A stretch of DNA of 64,000 nt, from assembly GCA_021774575.1 (NCBI GenBank), contig JAJFIX010000031.1:28264-92263 (forward strand). The letters run 5' to 3'. This DNA comes from Alphaproteobacteria bacterium. Lineage in GTDB: Bacteria; Pseudomonadota; Alphaproteobacteria; UBA6615. Both the position numbers and the translations under genes were made by a program. The notes beneath the pieces are model-generated. The model was not told the origin of the DNA. It was given only the letters and a program-made list of their open reading frames with translations, and ran no database searches. Shown here piece after piece: positions 10,618 to 20,864 of the stretch (within the stretch, counting starts at the first letter, position 1; every line of letters starts with the position of its first letter).

Positions 10618-11403
10618 TTAATAACTGCGCATTAGGCCAACTAATTTACCTTGTATTTCAACTTGGTCAGGGCCGAATATGCGGGTTTCATAGGCCTGGT
10701 TTGCTGGTTCAAGGGCAACCGACTTATGGCGTTTGCGCAGCCGCTTGAGTGTCACCTCATGACCATCGACAAGGGCAACCACGATCGCTCCATTTTCGGC
10801 GGTGCGGCATCGTTCAATGAGTACGGTGTCGCCGTCATGAATACCGGCCTCGACCATCGAATCGCCGCCGACGGTTAGGCAATAAAACTCGCCGCGGCCA
10901 ACCATTTCAGGCGGCACCGATACTCGCGAGCTTTCATCACGCAGTGCTTCGATCGGTGTGCCTGCGGCAATAGTGCCGAGCATCGGCAGTTCGACGGGTG
11001 CCTTGGCTGACTGTCCGGCGACGGTCGGATTGCCGCTGCCATGGCCGCCTTCAATGACTTTCGGGTCAAATTTGCCATTTGGTCCTGACGAGGGCGCGGC
11101 ACCATATGCGGTTTGGCGCGCTGTCGCCCGATTGTTCCTCGAAGCTTTTCCGGCAGCGGCTTTGAGCCCCAAGCCCTTCAGGGCAACATCGTCCGGTAAT
11201 CTGAGAATTTCAAGCGCCCTTGCGCGATGGGGCAGGCGGCGAATAAAACCTCTCTCTTCAAGTCCGGTAATCAAACGATGTATGCCGGATTTTGATTTCA
11301 ACTCCAGCGCATCCTTCATTTCATCAAAGGATGGCGATACCCCGTGCCGGTTTAAATGGCTATTTATGTAGACAAGCAGTTGATTTTGTTTCTGCGTAAG
11401 CAT
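10618..11403 (-). CDS. lexA: SOS repressor LexA
   Basis: [28 protein letters not shown] wHTH; IAAGTP cleavage site; GDSM Ser; VTLKRL Lys. Confidence 0.97.
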   Translation of the reverse strand: MLTQKQNQLLVYINSHLNRHGVSPSFDEMKDALELKSKSGIHRLITGLEERGFIRRLPHRARALEILRLPDDVALKGLGLKAAAGKASRNNRATARQTAYGAAPSSGPNGKFDPKVIEGGHGSGNPTVAGQSAKAPVELPMLGTIAAGTPIEALRDESSRVSVPPEMVGRGEFYCLTVGGDSMVEAGIHDGDTVLIERCRTAENGAIVVALVDGHEVTLKRLRKRHKSVALEPANQAYETRIFGPDQVEIQGKLVGLMRSY

Positions 11404-11556
11404 CGATTAGACAATTCCACTCCCGGTGACCCCCCGTCTTGGGTTCCCGACACGTTTTCGGTCGGGTAAACGCCACCTGCCCAGAGTTCCCGGCGCCAGT
11501 CCTCGGCACCGAAATTCTATATGCAGTACACCGAATTTGTCCGAATCCCAGATTTA

Positions 11557-11571
11557 GAACAAAACGGCAAC
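11557..11571 (-). promoter_or_regulatory. Second, degenerate LexA box (GAAC-N7-CAAC)
   Basis: gaac aaaacgg caac; one mismatch to GAAC-N7-GAAC; just downstream of the predicted lexA promoter. Confidence 0.55.
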
Positions 11572-11580
11572 CTTATAAAT

Positions 11581-11595
11581 GTTCTAAAGATGTTC
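11581..11595. promoter_or_regulatory. Alphaproteobacterial SOS box GTTC-N7-GTTC (LexA autoregulation)
   Basis: gttc taaagat gttc, perfect match, upstream of lexA. Confidence 0.88.
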
Positions 11596-11609
11596 TTTTG
11601 TTCGGTCAA
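11581..11609 (-). promoter_or_regulatory. Putative sigma70 promoter of lexA (TTGACC-N17-TAGAAC)
   Basis: Minus strand -35 at 11609-11604, -10 at 11586-11581, overlapped by the SOS box. Confidence 0.6.
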
Positions 11610-11613
11610 GGCG

Positions 11614-11630
11614 GTTAATGGTCAATTAAC
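11614..11630. promoter_or_regulatory. CtrA-binding box TTAA-N7-TTAAC (matches on both strands)
   Basis: g ttaa tggtcaa ttaa c, immediately upstream of the predicted lexA -35. Confidence 0.65.
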
Positions 11631-11653
11631 GATATTTGAAGAGAGAGTTTGGG

Positions 11654-12877
11654 TTAGGAATTCTCAAAATTGAGGGTATCGACCGTCTCGCCCGCACGCG
11701 ATGCCGGCGCGCCCGGTGGCCGAATTATCAGGCAGTCGGCTTCATGCATTGTTCGCAGCATTGAGCTGTCTTGGCGCGAATAGGGGTGTGCCGTTGTGCG
11801 ATTACCGTCGCGGACTAGGCGGGCGCGCAAATAGGACTGCCGGCTGTCATTCGCGGCCAAATTTTCGGCTAGGGTGGCCGGTTGAACCTGCGGCAGGAGG
11901 TCACGCTCATGGCGCCCAGACATTTTGGCAATGGCGGGACTTAGGAACAGCAGGCCACAGACCAAACTCGAAACAGGATTTCCGGGCAGACCGAGGAATG
12001 CCATATCTCCACCCTCGGGTCGAAATTGGCCGAAAATAAGTGGTTTTCCAGGACGCATGGCGATTTTCCAGAAATCGACACTGAGGCCCATTTTACCCAA
12101 AACCGGTTGAATGAGATCATGGTCGCCGACTGACGCACCGCCCGTCGTAACCAGCATATCGCACCCAGCGGCCGCTTTAGCCCGTGAGGTGAGACCGTCC
12201 TCGTCATCGCTCGCGATACCAAGGTCGACGGCAATGCCGCCGGCGTTTTCAATCAGTGCGGCTAGGGCAAAATTATTGGAGCTAACGATCCGGGTCGCCC
12301 CGGTTTCATCACCGGGTAGAACAATTTCATCACCAGTCGCAAGCAGTGCTATTCGCGGTTTGCGCGCGACATTGAGCCACGAAACGTTCATCGCTGCAAT
12401 CAGTCCGATGGCGCGGGGGTTAAGCCGAGTGCCGGGCGTGACGAGGGTCTCTCCGACACTGAAATCCAGTCCGGCCGGTCGCACGTAATGGCCGCTCGGT
12501 ACCGTGACGCCAATTTCTACCGTTCCGGCCGCCGCATCTTCTTTTGTGTCTTCTTGAATGACGATGGCGTCGGCCCCGGCGGGCAAAGGGGCGCCGGTAA
12601 AGATACGGGCGGCCTGGCCTGGACCAATTATTTTCGAACTCATTTTCCCCGCAGGAATGCGATCAACAATCTCCAACGTCGTTGGCGCTGCACCGACATC
12701 GCCTGCTCGCACCGCATAGCCATCCATCGCCGAAAGAGCGACAGGCGGTTGGGTCGTCCGGGCGACCACCGGGCCGGCGAGAACTCTGTTGTTTGCCGCG
12801 GCAATGCCGATTTGCTCGCTTGGGCTTGGCGCCAGTGTGGCAAGAATGCGTGCCTGTGCTTCGTCGACGGAAATCAT
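11654..12877 (-). CDS. moeA: Molybdopterin molybdotransferase MoeA
   Basis: SAMDGYAV, RIFTGAPLP, ATGDE, TTGGASVGDHD, MRPGKP, GLPGNPVS. Confidence 0.96.
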   Translation of the reverse strand: MISVDEAQARILATLAPSPSEQIGIAAANNRVLAGPVVARTTQPPVALSAMDGYAVRAGDVGAAPTTLEIVDRIPAGKMSSKIIGPGQAARIFTGAPLPAGADAIVIQEDTKEDAAAGTVEIGVTVPSGHYVRPAGLDFSVGETLVTPGTRLNPRAIGLIAAMNVSWLNVARKPRIALLATGDEIVLPGDETGATRIVSSNNFALAALIENAGGIAVDLGIASDDEDGLTSRAKAAAGCDMLVTTGGASVGDHDLIQPVLGKMGLSVDFWKIAMRPGKPLIFGQFRPEGGDMAFLGLPGNPVSSLVCGLLFLSPAIAKMSGRHERDLLPQVQPATLAENLAANDSRQSYLRARLVRDGNRTTAHPYSRQDSSMLRTMHEADCLIIRPPGAPASRAGETVDTLNFENS

Positions 12878-13362
12878 TTGAGCCGGCCGGCAACCGAATA
12901 GGGCCCCGACTTGCCGCCGGATTTATGGACGAGGTGAATATCGGTAATTCTAATCCCCTTATCGGCGGCTTTGCACATATCGTAGATTGTCAGGGCGGCT
13001 ATCGAGGCGGCCGTCATCGCTTCCATCTCGACCCCGGTTCGTGCCGTTGTTCGGGCTGTTGCAGTGACGTCAATCGTTGGGCCCTTTTCGTCGAGCGCAA
13101 AGTCGACCGTAATTTGGGTGAGCGGCAGCGGGTGACAGAGCGGAATGAGCTCGGCGGTCCGTTTTGCCGCCATAATGCCGGCAATCCGAGCGACGGATAG
13201 AACGTCGCCCTTGGCGACTTGCCGGTCATTAATCAGATCGAACGTTTCCCGGTTGAGGCAAACACGGGCGCTAGCGCCCGCGACTCTTTCGGTTTCGGCT
13301 TTGCCGCCAACGTCGACCATTTTTGCCTTGCCGTCGGTATCGATATGGCTGAGTTTTGCCAT
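12874..13362 (-). CDS. moaC: Cyclic pyranopterin monophosphate synthase MoaC
   Basis: LSHID...MVDV, KGDVL, LIPLCHPL, TGVEMEA, YDMCKA, KSGGKSG; ATG overlaps the trpC stop (TAATG). Confidence 0.96.
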   Translation of the reverse strand: MAKLSHIDTDGKAKMVDVGGKAETERVAGASARVCLNRETFDLINDRQVAKGDVLSVARIAGIMAAKRTAELIPLCHPLPLTQITVDFALDEKGPTIDVTATARTTARTGVEMEAMTAASIAALTIYDMCKAADKGIRITDIHLVHKSGGKSGPYSVAGRLK

Positions 13363-14180
13363 TATGCGGCCTCTTTGGGGTGGAGCAGCGCTTGGGTTGC
13401 CGCGGTCACATCGGCTTTGCGCATTAAGGCTTCGCCGATTAAAAAGCATCCGACGCCGCACGCGGCCATGCGGTCGAGATCACTTCTGGTGAACAATCCG
13501 CTCTCACTGACAATGAGCGGCGGCGTTGCAAGCCCGGCCTGCGCAATCAGTGGCACCAAGGTTTCGGTCATCGCAATATCTACCGCCAAGGTCTTTAAGT
13601 TTCGGTTGTTGACGCCAATCAAGGTGGGGGAGAGTTTTAGCCCGCGTTCGACCTCTTCCGCGCTGTGGGTTTCGACCAGTACGTCCATCGACCAGGCCGC
13701 CGCCGCTGCGGCAATTTCGAGCGCCTGCGCGTCGGAAAGGGCGGCCATGATGATCAATATACAGTCGGCGCCGAGAGCCCGTGATTCAGCAACCTGATAG
13801 GGGTCGACCATGAAGTCTTTGCGCAAAACCGGCAGATTTGTGGCCGCCCGTGCCTCGACTAGATAAGTATCGTGTCCCTGAAAATAGGGTGTGTCGGTGA
13901 GCACTGAGAGGCAGGCTGCGCCGCCGGCTTGATAGGCGGCAGCGAGAAGGGACGGATTGAAATCGGATCGGATCAGGCCTTTTGACGGCGAAGCCTTTTT
14001 GATTTCCGCAATTAAACCATAGGATCCGGCCGATTGTTTTGCCTTGAGGGCGGCGGCAAATCCGCGAACGGGTGATTGCTCGTTGCCCTTGCGTTCAAGC
14101 TCAGCAAGGCTGGTTTGGGCCTTGCGTTCGGCAACCAGCTTGCTTTTTTCGGCGCAAATTTTGGCTAATACATCCGACAT
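13362..14180 (-). CDS. trpC: Indole-3-glycerol phosphate synthase
   Basis: [41 protein letters not shown]; start at MSDVL. Confidence 0.96.
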   Translation of the reverse strand: MSDVLAKICAEKSKLVAERKAQTSLAELERKGNEQSPVRGFAAALKAKQSAGSYGLIAEIKKASPSKGLIRSDFNPSLLAAAYQAGGAACLSVLTDTPYFQGHDTYLVEARAATNLPVLRKDFMVDPYQVAESRALGADCILIIMAALSDAQALEIAAAAAAWSMDVLVETHSAEEVERGLKLSPTLIGVNNRNLKTLAVDIAMTETLVPLIAQAGLATPPLIVSESGLFTRSDLDRMAACGVGCFLIGEALMRKADVTAATQALLHPKEAA

Positions 14181-14205
14181 GGTTTTAGGCTCTTGCTTTC
14201 CAATT

Positions 14206-15246
14206 TTAGCTGCGGTTGGTGATTTCAATCATACGGTCCAAATGTCTTCTAGCATCGCCGCTATCGATTGCATTTTCGCCCATCCTGCAGGCTGCATTAA
14301 TCTCGCTGGCCTGTCCGGCAACGATCAGACCGGCCGCGGCGTTTAGCACGACAATGTCGCGGTAGGCGCCGGGCTCGCCGTCCAGCATTGTTTTCAAGGC
14401 AGCGGCATTATAGTCGGGGTCGGCGCCTTTCAAATCGGCGAAAGTAGCGCGAGGCAATCCGGCATCCTCGGGAGTGATTTCGAAGGTGCGGACGGCGCCG
14501 TCCTTCAATTCGGCAACCTGCGTCACCCCGGTCGTGGTCATCTCATCCATGCCGTCGCCATGCATCACCCAGGCTTGTTCAAGTCCCAGTTTACCCAGCG
14601 TTTTTGCCATGGGTTCGACCCATTGGGGGGCGAAGACCCCAATAATTTGGCGCTTTACATGGGCCGGGTTGGAAAGGGGGCCGAGCAAATTAAAAATTGT
14701 TCGTGTGCCGAGCTCGACCCGGGGGCCGCCGACATTGGCCATGGCCGCGTGGTGGCGGGGGGCCATCAGAAAACCGACATTATTTTCCCATAATGATTCA
14801 CGAACGAGGCTCATATCCGCGTCGATATTGATGCCGAGCGCTGTCAACACGTCTGCAGCACCGGTTTTTGAACTCAGAGCCCGGTTTCCATGCTTGGCGA
14901 CAGGAACGCCGCAGGCGGCGATTAAAAAACTCGCAGCGGTTGAGATGTTGAGCGTGCCCTTTGCGTCTCCCCCCGTGCCACAGGTATCAATAGCGCCGTC
15001 GGGCGGGTCGATATGCAAGGCTTTGCTGCGCATTACCCGCGCCGCACCGGTAATTTCGTCAACGGTTTCCCCGCGAGTCCGCAGGGCCATCAGGAAACCG
15101 CCAATTTGGGCCGGAGTTGCGTTGCCCGACATGATTATCTCAAAAGCGGTCTCGGCCTGGTTTTGATCGAGGGATTGGCCGGTGGCGACGATAGCAAGCA
15201 GCGGCTTGAGGTCGCTGTCGGCCCGGTCATGGGTGGCGTTGTTCAT
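14206..15246 (-). CDS. trpD: Anthranilate phosphoribosyltransferase
   Basis: [31 protein letters not shown]. Confidence 0.97.
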   Translation of the reverse strand: MNNATHDRADSDLKPLLAIVATGQSLDQNQAETAFEIIMSGNATPAQIGGFLMALRTRGETVDEITGAARVMRSKALHIDPPDGAIDTCGTGGDAKGTLNISTAASFLIAACGVPVAKHGNRALSSKTGAADVLTALGINIDADMSLVRESLWENNVGFLMAPRHHAAMANVGGPRVELGTRTIFNLLGPLSNPAHVKRQIIGVFAPQWVEPMAKTLGKLGLEQAWVMHGDGMDEMTTTGVTQVAELKDGAVRTFEITPEDAGLPRATFADLKGADPDYNAAALKTMLDGEPGAYRDIVVLNAAAGLIVAGQASEINAACRMGENAIDSGDARRHLDRMIEITNRS

Positions 15247-15872
15247 GCGATAACCCGTTCAAATTCCGGCACGGCATCGATAGTCTTGCCTGTCGCAATT
15301 TTTAGAAAATTTGCCAGCAAACTGTGACCGGCCTGTGAAGCGATGCTTTCGGGATGAAATTGAGCGCCAAATATTGGCAGAGTGCGATGAGCAAGCCCCA
15401 TAATGACCGAATTGTCACCTTCGCCTTCAATTTCAGCCGTCACCTCAAGCTCGCTAGGCAGGCTAGAACGCTCAACGACGAGCGAGTGGTATCGGGTGGC
15501 AATGAAGGGGTTTGGCAGGCCTTCGAATATGCCGGTTTCGCCATGTTGAATTGGGCTTACCTTACCATGAACGATTTCCGGGGCTGCCACGACTTTGCCG
15601 CCGAAAGCTTGGCCGATTGCCTGATGGCCGAGGCAGATACCCAACATTGGGATGCCAGCATCAGCGGCGGCGCGCACGAGATCAAGACAGATACCCGCAT
15701 TGTCGGGCACTGACGGTCCTGGCGACAAAACGATGGCTTCCGGTTTCAGGGCAATTGCCTGTTGGGCCGAAAGTTTGTCGTTGCGCTGCACCGACGTCTC
15801 CGCACCCAACTCGCCCAAAAAATGGACGAGGTTGTATGTGAAACTATCGTAGTTATCGATTAATAAAATCAT
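15243..15872 (-). CDS. trpG: Anthranilate synthase component II (glutamine amidotransferase)
   Basis: [32 protein letters not shown]. Confidence 0.96.
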   Translation of the reverse strand: MILLIDNYDSFTYNLVHFLGELGAETSVQRNDKLSAQQAIALKPEAIVLSPGPSVPDNAGICLDLVRAAADAGIPMLGICLGHQAIGQAFGGKVVAAPEIVHGKVSPIQHGETGIFEGLPNPFIATRYHSLVVERSSLPSELEVTAEIEGEGDNSVIMGLAHRTLPIFGAQFHPESIASQAGHSLLANFLKIATGKTIDAVPEFERVIA

Positions 15873-15917
15873 TTCATAGTCTTATTTTGTATACTGAAGG
15901 TGTTACTTTACCAGTTT

Positions 15918-17423
15918 TTAGCGCCTCGCGGCAAATCGAATGGCCTCATCTGCGGCTCGAAGCAGTGCTTTGGCTTTGTTCTGACTTTCTTCATATTCGG
16001 ATTTTGGCTGACTGTCGGCAACCACACCGCCTCCGGCCTGGGCATACATTTTACCGTCTTTGACTAGGGCGGTGCGCAAGGCAATGCAGGTATCCATCTC
16101 GCCACCGGCGCCGAAATAACCGACGGCCCCGCCATAAAAGGACCGGCGCACCGGCTCCAACTCGTCAATTATCTCCATGGCGCGAACTTTTGGCGCGCCG
16201 GAAACGGTTCCGGCGGGGAAGCCGGCAATCAGTGCTTTTAAAGCGTCATAGGTCGGCGATAACTTGCCGACGACATTGGAGACTATGTGCATGACGTGGC
16301 TGTAATTCTCGATGACGAATTTTTCCGTCACTTTGACCGTACCGATTTCGGCGACCCGGCCGACATCATTGCGCCCGAGATCGAGCAGCATGATGTGTTC
16401 TGCGCGCTCTTTGGGGTCGGCGAGCAGGTCGGCGGCTAATTCGGCGTCCTCAGCCTTGGTTTTGCCACGGGGGCGCGTTCCGGCGATGGGACGGATGGTT
16501 ACCTCGTCGTCGCGTAGCCTCACCAATATTTCGGGACTGGATCCGACGATGGCGAAATGATTAAAATTGAGGAAAAACAAAAAGGGTGATGGATTGAGCC
16601 GCCGAAGAGACCGGTACAGCGAAAACGGCGGCAGGGTGAAAGGCAGCTCAAACCGCTGGCTCGGGACAACTTGAAAAACATCGCCCTGACGAATATAGGA
16701 TTTGGCTTTTTCGACCATATCGAAGTAATTTTCTGGGGTCATATTGGCCGTCGGCTTCGGCGGCTCGGCATCGACCTCGGTCGCCTCACGGCGATAGGGG
16801 AGCGATCGGGAAAAATCATTTTCAATATCGCTCAGTCTTTCGCGGGCTTGAGCATAGGCGGCTCCCGCACTCACATCCGGCGCCGGTCGAACCGGTGTAA
16901 CGACAGTAACCACATCCTCGATACTGTCGAACACCGCCATCACAGTCGGGCGAACGAAAACGGCGTCGGGAATACCGATTGTATCGGGGTTGGCGTCGGG
17001 CAGCTCTTCCATCAGCCGCACCATGTCGTAGCCGAGATAGCCGACGAGACCAGCCGCCATCGGCGTGATACCCTCGGGCAGGTCAATCCGGCTCTCGTCG
17101 ATAAAATCGCTTAATGCGTCGAGGCTTGGTTTGTCGCAGGGGGCGAATGCATCCAAGTCAAATCGGGCCTGGCGATTGATTTCAGCCCGGTTGCCGAAGG
17201 CGCGCCAAATCACATCGGGCTTTAATCCAATACCCGAATACCGACCGCGGACAGCGCCGCCTTCGACGGATTCAAGTAAAAAACTATATGGCCGCTCGTC
17301 GGCAAGCTTCATGAAGGCCGACACCGGCGTTTCCAGGTCGGCGACCAAACTTGTCCAGATAAGCTGCGGCTTACCAGAGGCGTAGACCGCTTCAAATGCG
17401 GCAAAATCCGGGGAAACGGTCAT
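15918..17423 (-). CDS. trpE: Anthranilate synthase component I
   Basis: LLESVEGG, NPSP, SSPE, PIAGTRPRG, EHIMLLDLGRND, PAGTVSGAPK. Confidence 0.97.
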   Translation of the reverse strand: MTVSPDFAAFEAVYASGKPQLIWTSLVADLETPVSAFMKLADERPYSFLLESVEGGAVRGRYSGIGLKPDVIWRAFGNRAEINRQARFDLDAFAPCDKPSLDALSDFIDESRIDLPEGITPMAAGLVGYLGYDMVRLMEELPDANPDTIGIPDAVFVRPTVMAVFDSIEDVVTVVTPVRPAPDVSAGAAYAQARERLSDIENDFSRSLPYRREATEVDAEPPKPTANMTPENYFDMVEKAKSYIRQGDVFQVVPSQRFELPFTLPPFSLYRSLRRLNPSPFLFFLNFNHFAIVGSSPEILVRLRDDEVTIRPIAGTRPRGKTKAEDAELAADLLADPKERAEHIMLLDLGRNDVGRVAEIGTVKVTEKFVIENYSHVMHIVSNVVGKLSPTYDALKALIAGFPAGTVSGAPKVRAMEIIDELEPVRRSFYGGAVGYFGAGGEMDTCIALRTALVKDGKMYAQAGGGVVADSQPKSEYEESQNKAKALLRAADEAIRFAARR

Positions 17424-17445
17424 TGGGGCTTTGCTTGTCTATCGG

Positions 17446-19335
17446 TTAACGATTGAAAAAGAGCTCTTCAATTGTCGAGCTTTCCACGTTGACTTTGATG
17501 TCGGCGCGCAAGGCCTCGGTCATTTGGACGATGAGGTCCTGAGCCATGCTGAATTTCAGCTGGTCGACCAAGCCGGTCCATTCCTCGACATCGTCCCCAG
17601 GCTCGGCAATATCGACTGCAGTTAAACGGCCAACCAACATCGCAGTATCGAGATCGACGCTAAATGCGTCTCCAACCTCGACACCAAACAGGGGGTCAAT
17701 CAGTCCCGAGGGCAGGCCGCCGGTGTGACCTGAGCGGGTGAAGGGCTCGGGAGCAATGACGTCATAGCCAAACCTGGTGCTGACGGTGTCGCTGCTTGCC
17801 CCGCCGCGCAGCTGCTCTGTTATTTCTTCGGCTTGCGCACGGGCGAGGTCCATTTTTCTCTCCGATACCCAGGCCGCGCTCACCTTATCGGCAATTTCGG
17901 CCTGATCGGGAATGCGGTCGGCGATCACTTCATCGATCGAAACGAAAAAGAAACCGCCATTATCGGTAAAGATCAATTGGCCCGACTGGCCGTCGGACAG
18001 GGAGAATATCTCTGTCAGGACTTTTTGGTCGAATGGCAGGTTTTCGGCAAAATTGCCCTCGCCATCGGTTCCGTCGTGGGCTACCGGACCGACATTTAGC
18101 ACCGGCAAGCCGACATCGCTGGCCGCTTCATCTAAATTGGCGCCTCCGGCCAAAGCATCGTCGACCAGGTCGGCATAATCGAACAAAACCAAATTGGCCT
18201 CTTCCAATGCAAGACCCAGGCGCAAATCTTCGTGTACCTCGTCGAGGGGCGGAACAACACCACCTTCGCTCGATTGAACATGGATGAGCACCCACCCAAA
18301 AGCGGTTTCGAACGGTTCCGTCACCCCGCCAACCTCGGCTGAAAATGCCGGACCAGACTGTTCGGGCAGCAATTCCTCGCGCCTGACAACGCCAATTTCA
18401 TCGGCACCGACGCCAAGGGCGGCCGCGACCGCATCACCAAATGCAGCACCGTTGGAGATGGCGTCATAGGTCGATTGTGCCGTCTCGACGTTGGGGAAGA
18501 TGGCTTGTTCCAAAAAACGGCGTTCCGGCGGCGTGAACTGGTGCCCACGTTCTTCATAGGCGGTAACAATTTGCTCTTCAGTGATTTCAATGTCGGCGGC
18601 AAGGCTGTCCGGGGTCACCCAGAGCACCGTCGCCATACGCGTCGGCACTGTACGGAAACTCTCTTGGTTATCGGAATAGAACTGCGCCAACTCACCGGCA
18701 CTCGGCGTCGCAGGGTCAGCTTGGCTTGCCGCATCGATGAGGAATATTTCGGCTGTCCGCTGCTCGTAATAATAATGATACAGCGCTTCAGCCAGCGGCT
18801 TGGGGGCGGTAACGCCCAAAAACAGGCTGCCTACATATTGGTCTTGGACAATGATTTGGCCGCGCAGCGACTCGGCAAACTGACTTTCGCTCATTCCCCG
18901 CTGCAGCAAATACGTATCAAAGGCGATTCGATTGAACTGGCCGCCGGCTTGGAACGCAGATTGCGAAATGATCTGATCGGCGATGATATCGTTGCCGACG
19001 ACGAGCCCGAGCCGGTCGGCACCCTCTTCGAACAGGGCTTGATTAACCAATTCACTGACTGTTAGCGCCATCACTTCGCGTTGTTGATCCAGGTTTAGGA
19101 TGCCCTGAGATCCATTCTGCTGCGAGGCGCGGCTCGTTTGAATGTTGAATTGTGTTTGAACATCGTTAACGCCGTAGGATATCGACCCCACTTCCACCAA
19201 CGCATTGACATTGCCCAGAAAGGCCGAGGTCAGGTTGCCAGAGACGCCAAAAAAGGCCACGAATGTCAGCGCAAGAAGGCCAAGCAAGGCTTTCATATAC
19301 CAGGTCTTCGACCCTTCACGAAGAGAGCTGAGCAT
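17446..19335 (-). CDS. ppiD: PpiD/SurA-like membrane-anchored periplasmic chaperone (peptidyl-prolyl isomerase D)
   Basis: N-terminal TM anchor, SurA-N-like region, parvulin-like PFETAFGWVLI; conserved position between trpE and tpiA. Confidence 0.82.
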   Translation of the reverse strand: MLSSLREGSKTWYMKALLGLLALTFVAFFGVSGNLTSAFLGNVNALVEVGSISYGVNDVQTQFNIQTSRASQQNGSQGILNLDQQREVMALTVSELVNQALFEEGADRLGLVVGNDIIADQIISQSAFQAGGQFNRIAFDTYLLQRGMSESQFAESLRGQIIVQDQYVGSLFLGVTAPKPLAEALYHYYYEQRTAEIFLIDAASQADPATPSAGELAQFYSDNQESFRTVPTRMATVLWVTPDSLAADIEITEEQIVTAYEERGHQFTPPERRFLEQAIFPNVETAQSTYDAISNGAAFGDAVAAALGVGADEIGVVRREELLPEQSGPAFSAEVGGVTEPFETAFGWVLIHVQSSEGGVVPPLDEVHEDLRLGLALEEANLVLFDYADLVDDALAGGANLDEAASDVGLPVLNVGPVAHDGTDGEGNFAENLPFDQKVLTEIFSLSDGQSGQLIFTDNGGFFFVSIDEVIADRIPDQAEIADKVSAAWVSERKMDLARAQAEEITEQLRGGASSDTVSTRFGYDVIAPEPFTRSGHTGGLPSGLIDPLFGVEVGDAFSVDLDTAMLVGRLTAVDIAEPGDDVEEWTGLVDQLKFSMAQDLIVQMTEALRADIKVNVESSTIEELFFNR

Positions 19336-19418
19336 ATCTGTGTATCTCCTTAAAACTCGAACGGCGAATTACGGGCCGAAGACTGTCTCGGCCGACTATG
19401 AATCAGAGGGCGTTTAAG

Positions 19419-19447
19419 GGTATATGACAGCCGAACGGGTTCCGCAA
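19419..19447 (-). promoter_or_regulatory. Putative sigma70 promoter of the ppiD-trp-moa operon (TTGCGG-N17-TATACC)
   Basis: Minus-strand hexamers 17 bp apart in the ppiD/tpiA spacer. Confidence 0.4.
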
Positions 19448-19495
19448 CGCCCGACATTTCATCAGGGTTTTTCAAGGATAGATTGAGGATGGGTA

Positions 19496-20266
19496 ATGAG
19501 CGAGCATGATCGCCGACCGTTGGTCGCGGGAAACTGGAAAATGAACGGATTACAGCAAGATGGGCTTGCGCTGGCACGCGCGGTGGCCAACGAAATGCCG
19601 AAGCCTGGACCTGAAATCCTCATTTGCCCACCGGCAACATTGGTCAACGCTATTGCCCAATGCGTGGAAGGAAGCTCGGTCTTGGTTGGGGGCCAAGATT
19701 GTCACCCAGCCACCAGTGGCGCGCATACCGGCGACATAAGTGCTGAAATGCTCGTCGATGCCGGTGCGACCCATGTCATTTTGGGCCACTCTGAGCGCCG
19801 TCAAGATCACGGTGAAACCAGCCCCGACATACGAGCCAAACTCACCGCCGCCCACGACGCTGGACTGGTCGCCATCGTCTGCATCGGCGAAACTCTTGCC
19901 GAGCGCGACGCGGGCCAGACCCTCGACATCCTGTCGGCTCAACTCGAAGCAAGTCTGACCCCTGCCGGAGACCATCGAGTGACAGCGGGAAATACGGTCA
20001 TTGCTTATGAACCAATATGGGCAATCGGCACCGGGCGAACACCGAGCCTGGATGATGTTGGCGTTGCCCACGCCCATATTCGCAGTTTTCTTGCCACTTT
20101 GATCGCCGCAGAGGCTGGTGGTATGCGCCTACTTTACGGCGGCTCAGTGAAGCCTGGGAACGCTGAAGAACTACTGGCAATAGCCGATGTCGACGGCGCC
20201 CTGGTCGGTGGGGCCAGTCTCCAGGCTGAAGATTTCTGCGCAATTGCGGCTGCAGCACACTCATAA
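19496..20266 (+). CDS. tpiA: Triosephosphate isomerase
   Basis: [44 protein letters not shown]. Confidence 0.98.
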   Translation: MSEHDRRPLVAGNWKMNGLQQDGLALARAVANEMPKPGPEILICPPATLVNAIAQCVEGSSVLVGGQDCHPATSGAHTGDISAEMLVDAGATHVILGHSERRQDHGETSPDIRAKLTAAHDAGLVAIVCIGETLAERDAGQTLDILSAQLEASLTPAGDHRVTAGNTVIAYEPIWAIGTGRTPSLDDVGVAHAHIRSFLATLIAAEAGGMRLLYGGSVKPGNAEELLAIADVDGALVGGASLQAEDFCAIAAAAHS

Positions 20267-20357
20267 CAATGTAGGTGATTGTGGTTGGGTTCGAAAAGAC
20301 TGGCGCGCGCGCCGATTTGGGCCTAAATAGCGTGGCTTCATATTATAGGTTAGATCA

Positions 20358-20726
20358 ATGACGTTTTTGCTAGTCATACATATGCTGTTGGCCCTTGGAA
20401 TTGTTGGGCTGGTATTGCTGCAGCGATCAGAGGGCGGTGCGCTCGGAATTGGTGGTTCCGGGGGCGGCGGCATGGGCGGTTTGATGGGAGGCCGCGAGGC
20501 CGCCAACTTGCTGACCAGAGCAACCGCTGTTTTCGCCGCACTGTTTTTTACGACAAGTATCGTCTTGTCGATATTGTCCGGCGGCACTGGTGGCAGCCGG
20601 TCGATATTGGATGATCGGCCGCAACCGGTTTCCGTGGATCCGGCGGCTACGACACCGGCTGACGGTGCGGTGAGCGAGGATGGCTCTGAGGATATACCGG
20701 CGGCAGGTGTTCCGTTAGATGAGTGA
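20358..20726 (+). CDS. secG: Preprotein translocase subunit SecG
   Basis: Two TMs, LLQRSEGGALGIGG, NLLTRATA; between tpiA and pyrG. Confidence 0.94.
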   Translation: MTFLLVIHMLLALGIVGLVLLQRSEGGALGIGGSGGGGMGGLMGGREAANLLTRATAVFAALFFTTSIVLSILSGGTGGSRSILDDRPQPVSVDPAATTPADGAVSEDGSEDIPAAGVPLDE

Positions 20727-20759
20727 TTGGGTAACCCAGCAACATAGTCTTTCGAATTT

Positions 20760-20782
20760 GGCGGCACAGGTGCCGCCTTTTT
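20760..20782 (+). terminator. Rho-independent terminator after secG
   Basis: ggcggca-cagg-tgccgcc stem-loop followed by TTTTT. Confidence 0.75.
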
Positions 20783-20864
20783 CATGCGCGGCGGTTGATT
20801 TTTTTACGGTTTCGGGGCGTTGCTGACTCTGCGACGCGTGTATTCTCTGATATAGAAGAACACT

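Noticed and set aside
17424..17445. trp attenuator or leader peptide
   Set aside because: Only 22 bp separate ppiD and trpE, and there is no Trp-codon leader.
20268..20320. GGTTCGA as a tRNA T-loop (also at 10571)
   Set aside because: No cloverleaf or acceptor stem can be formed.
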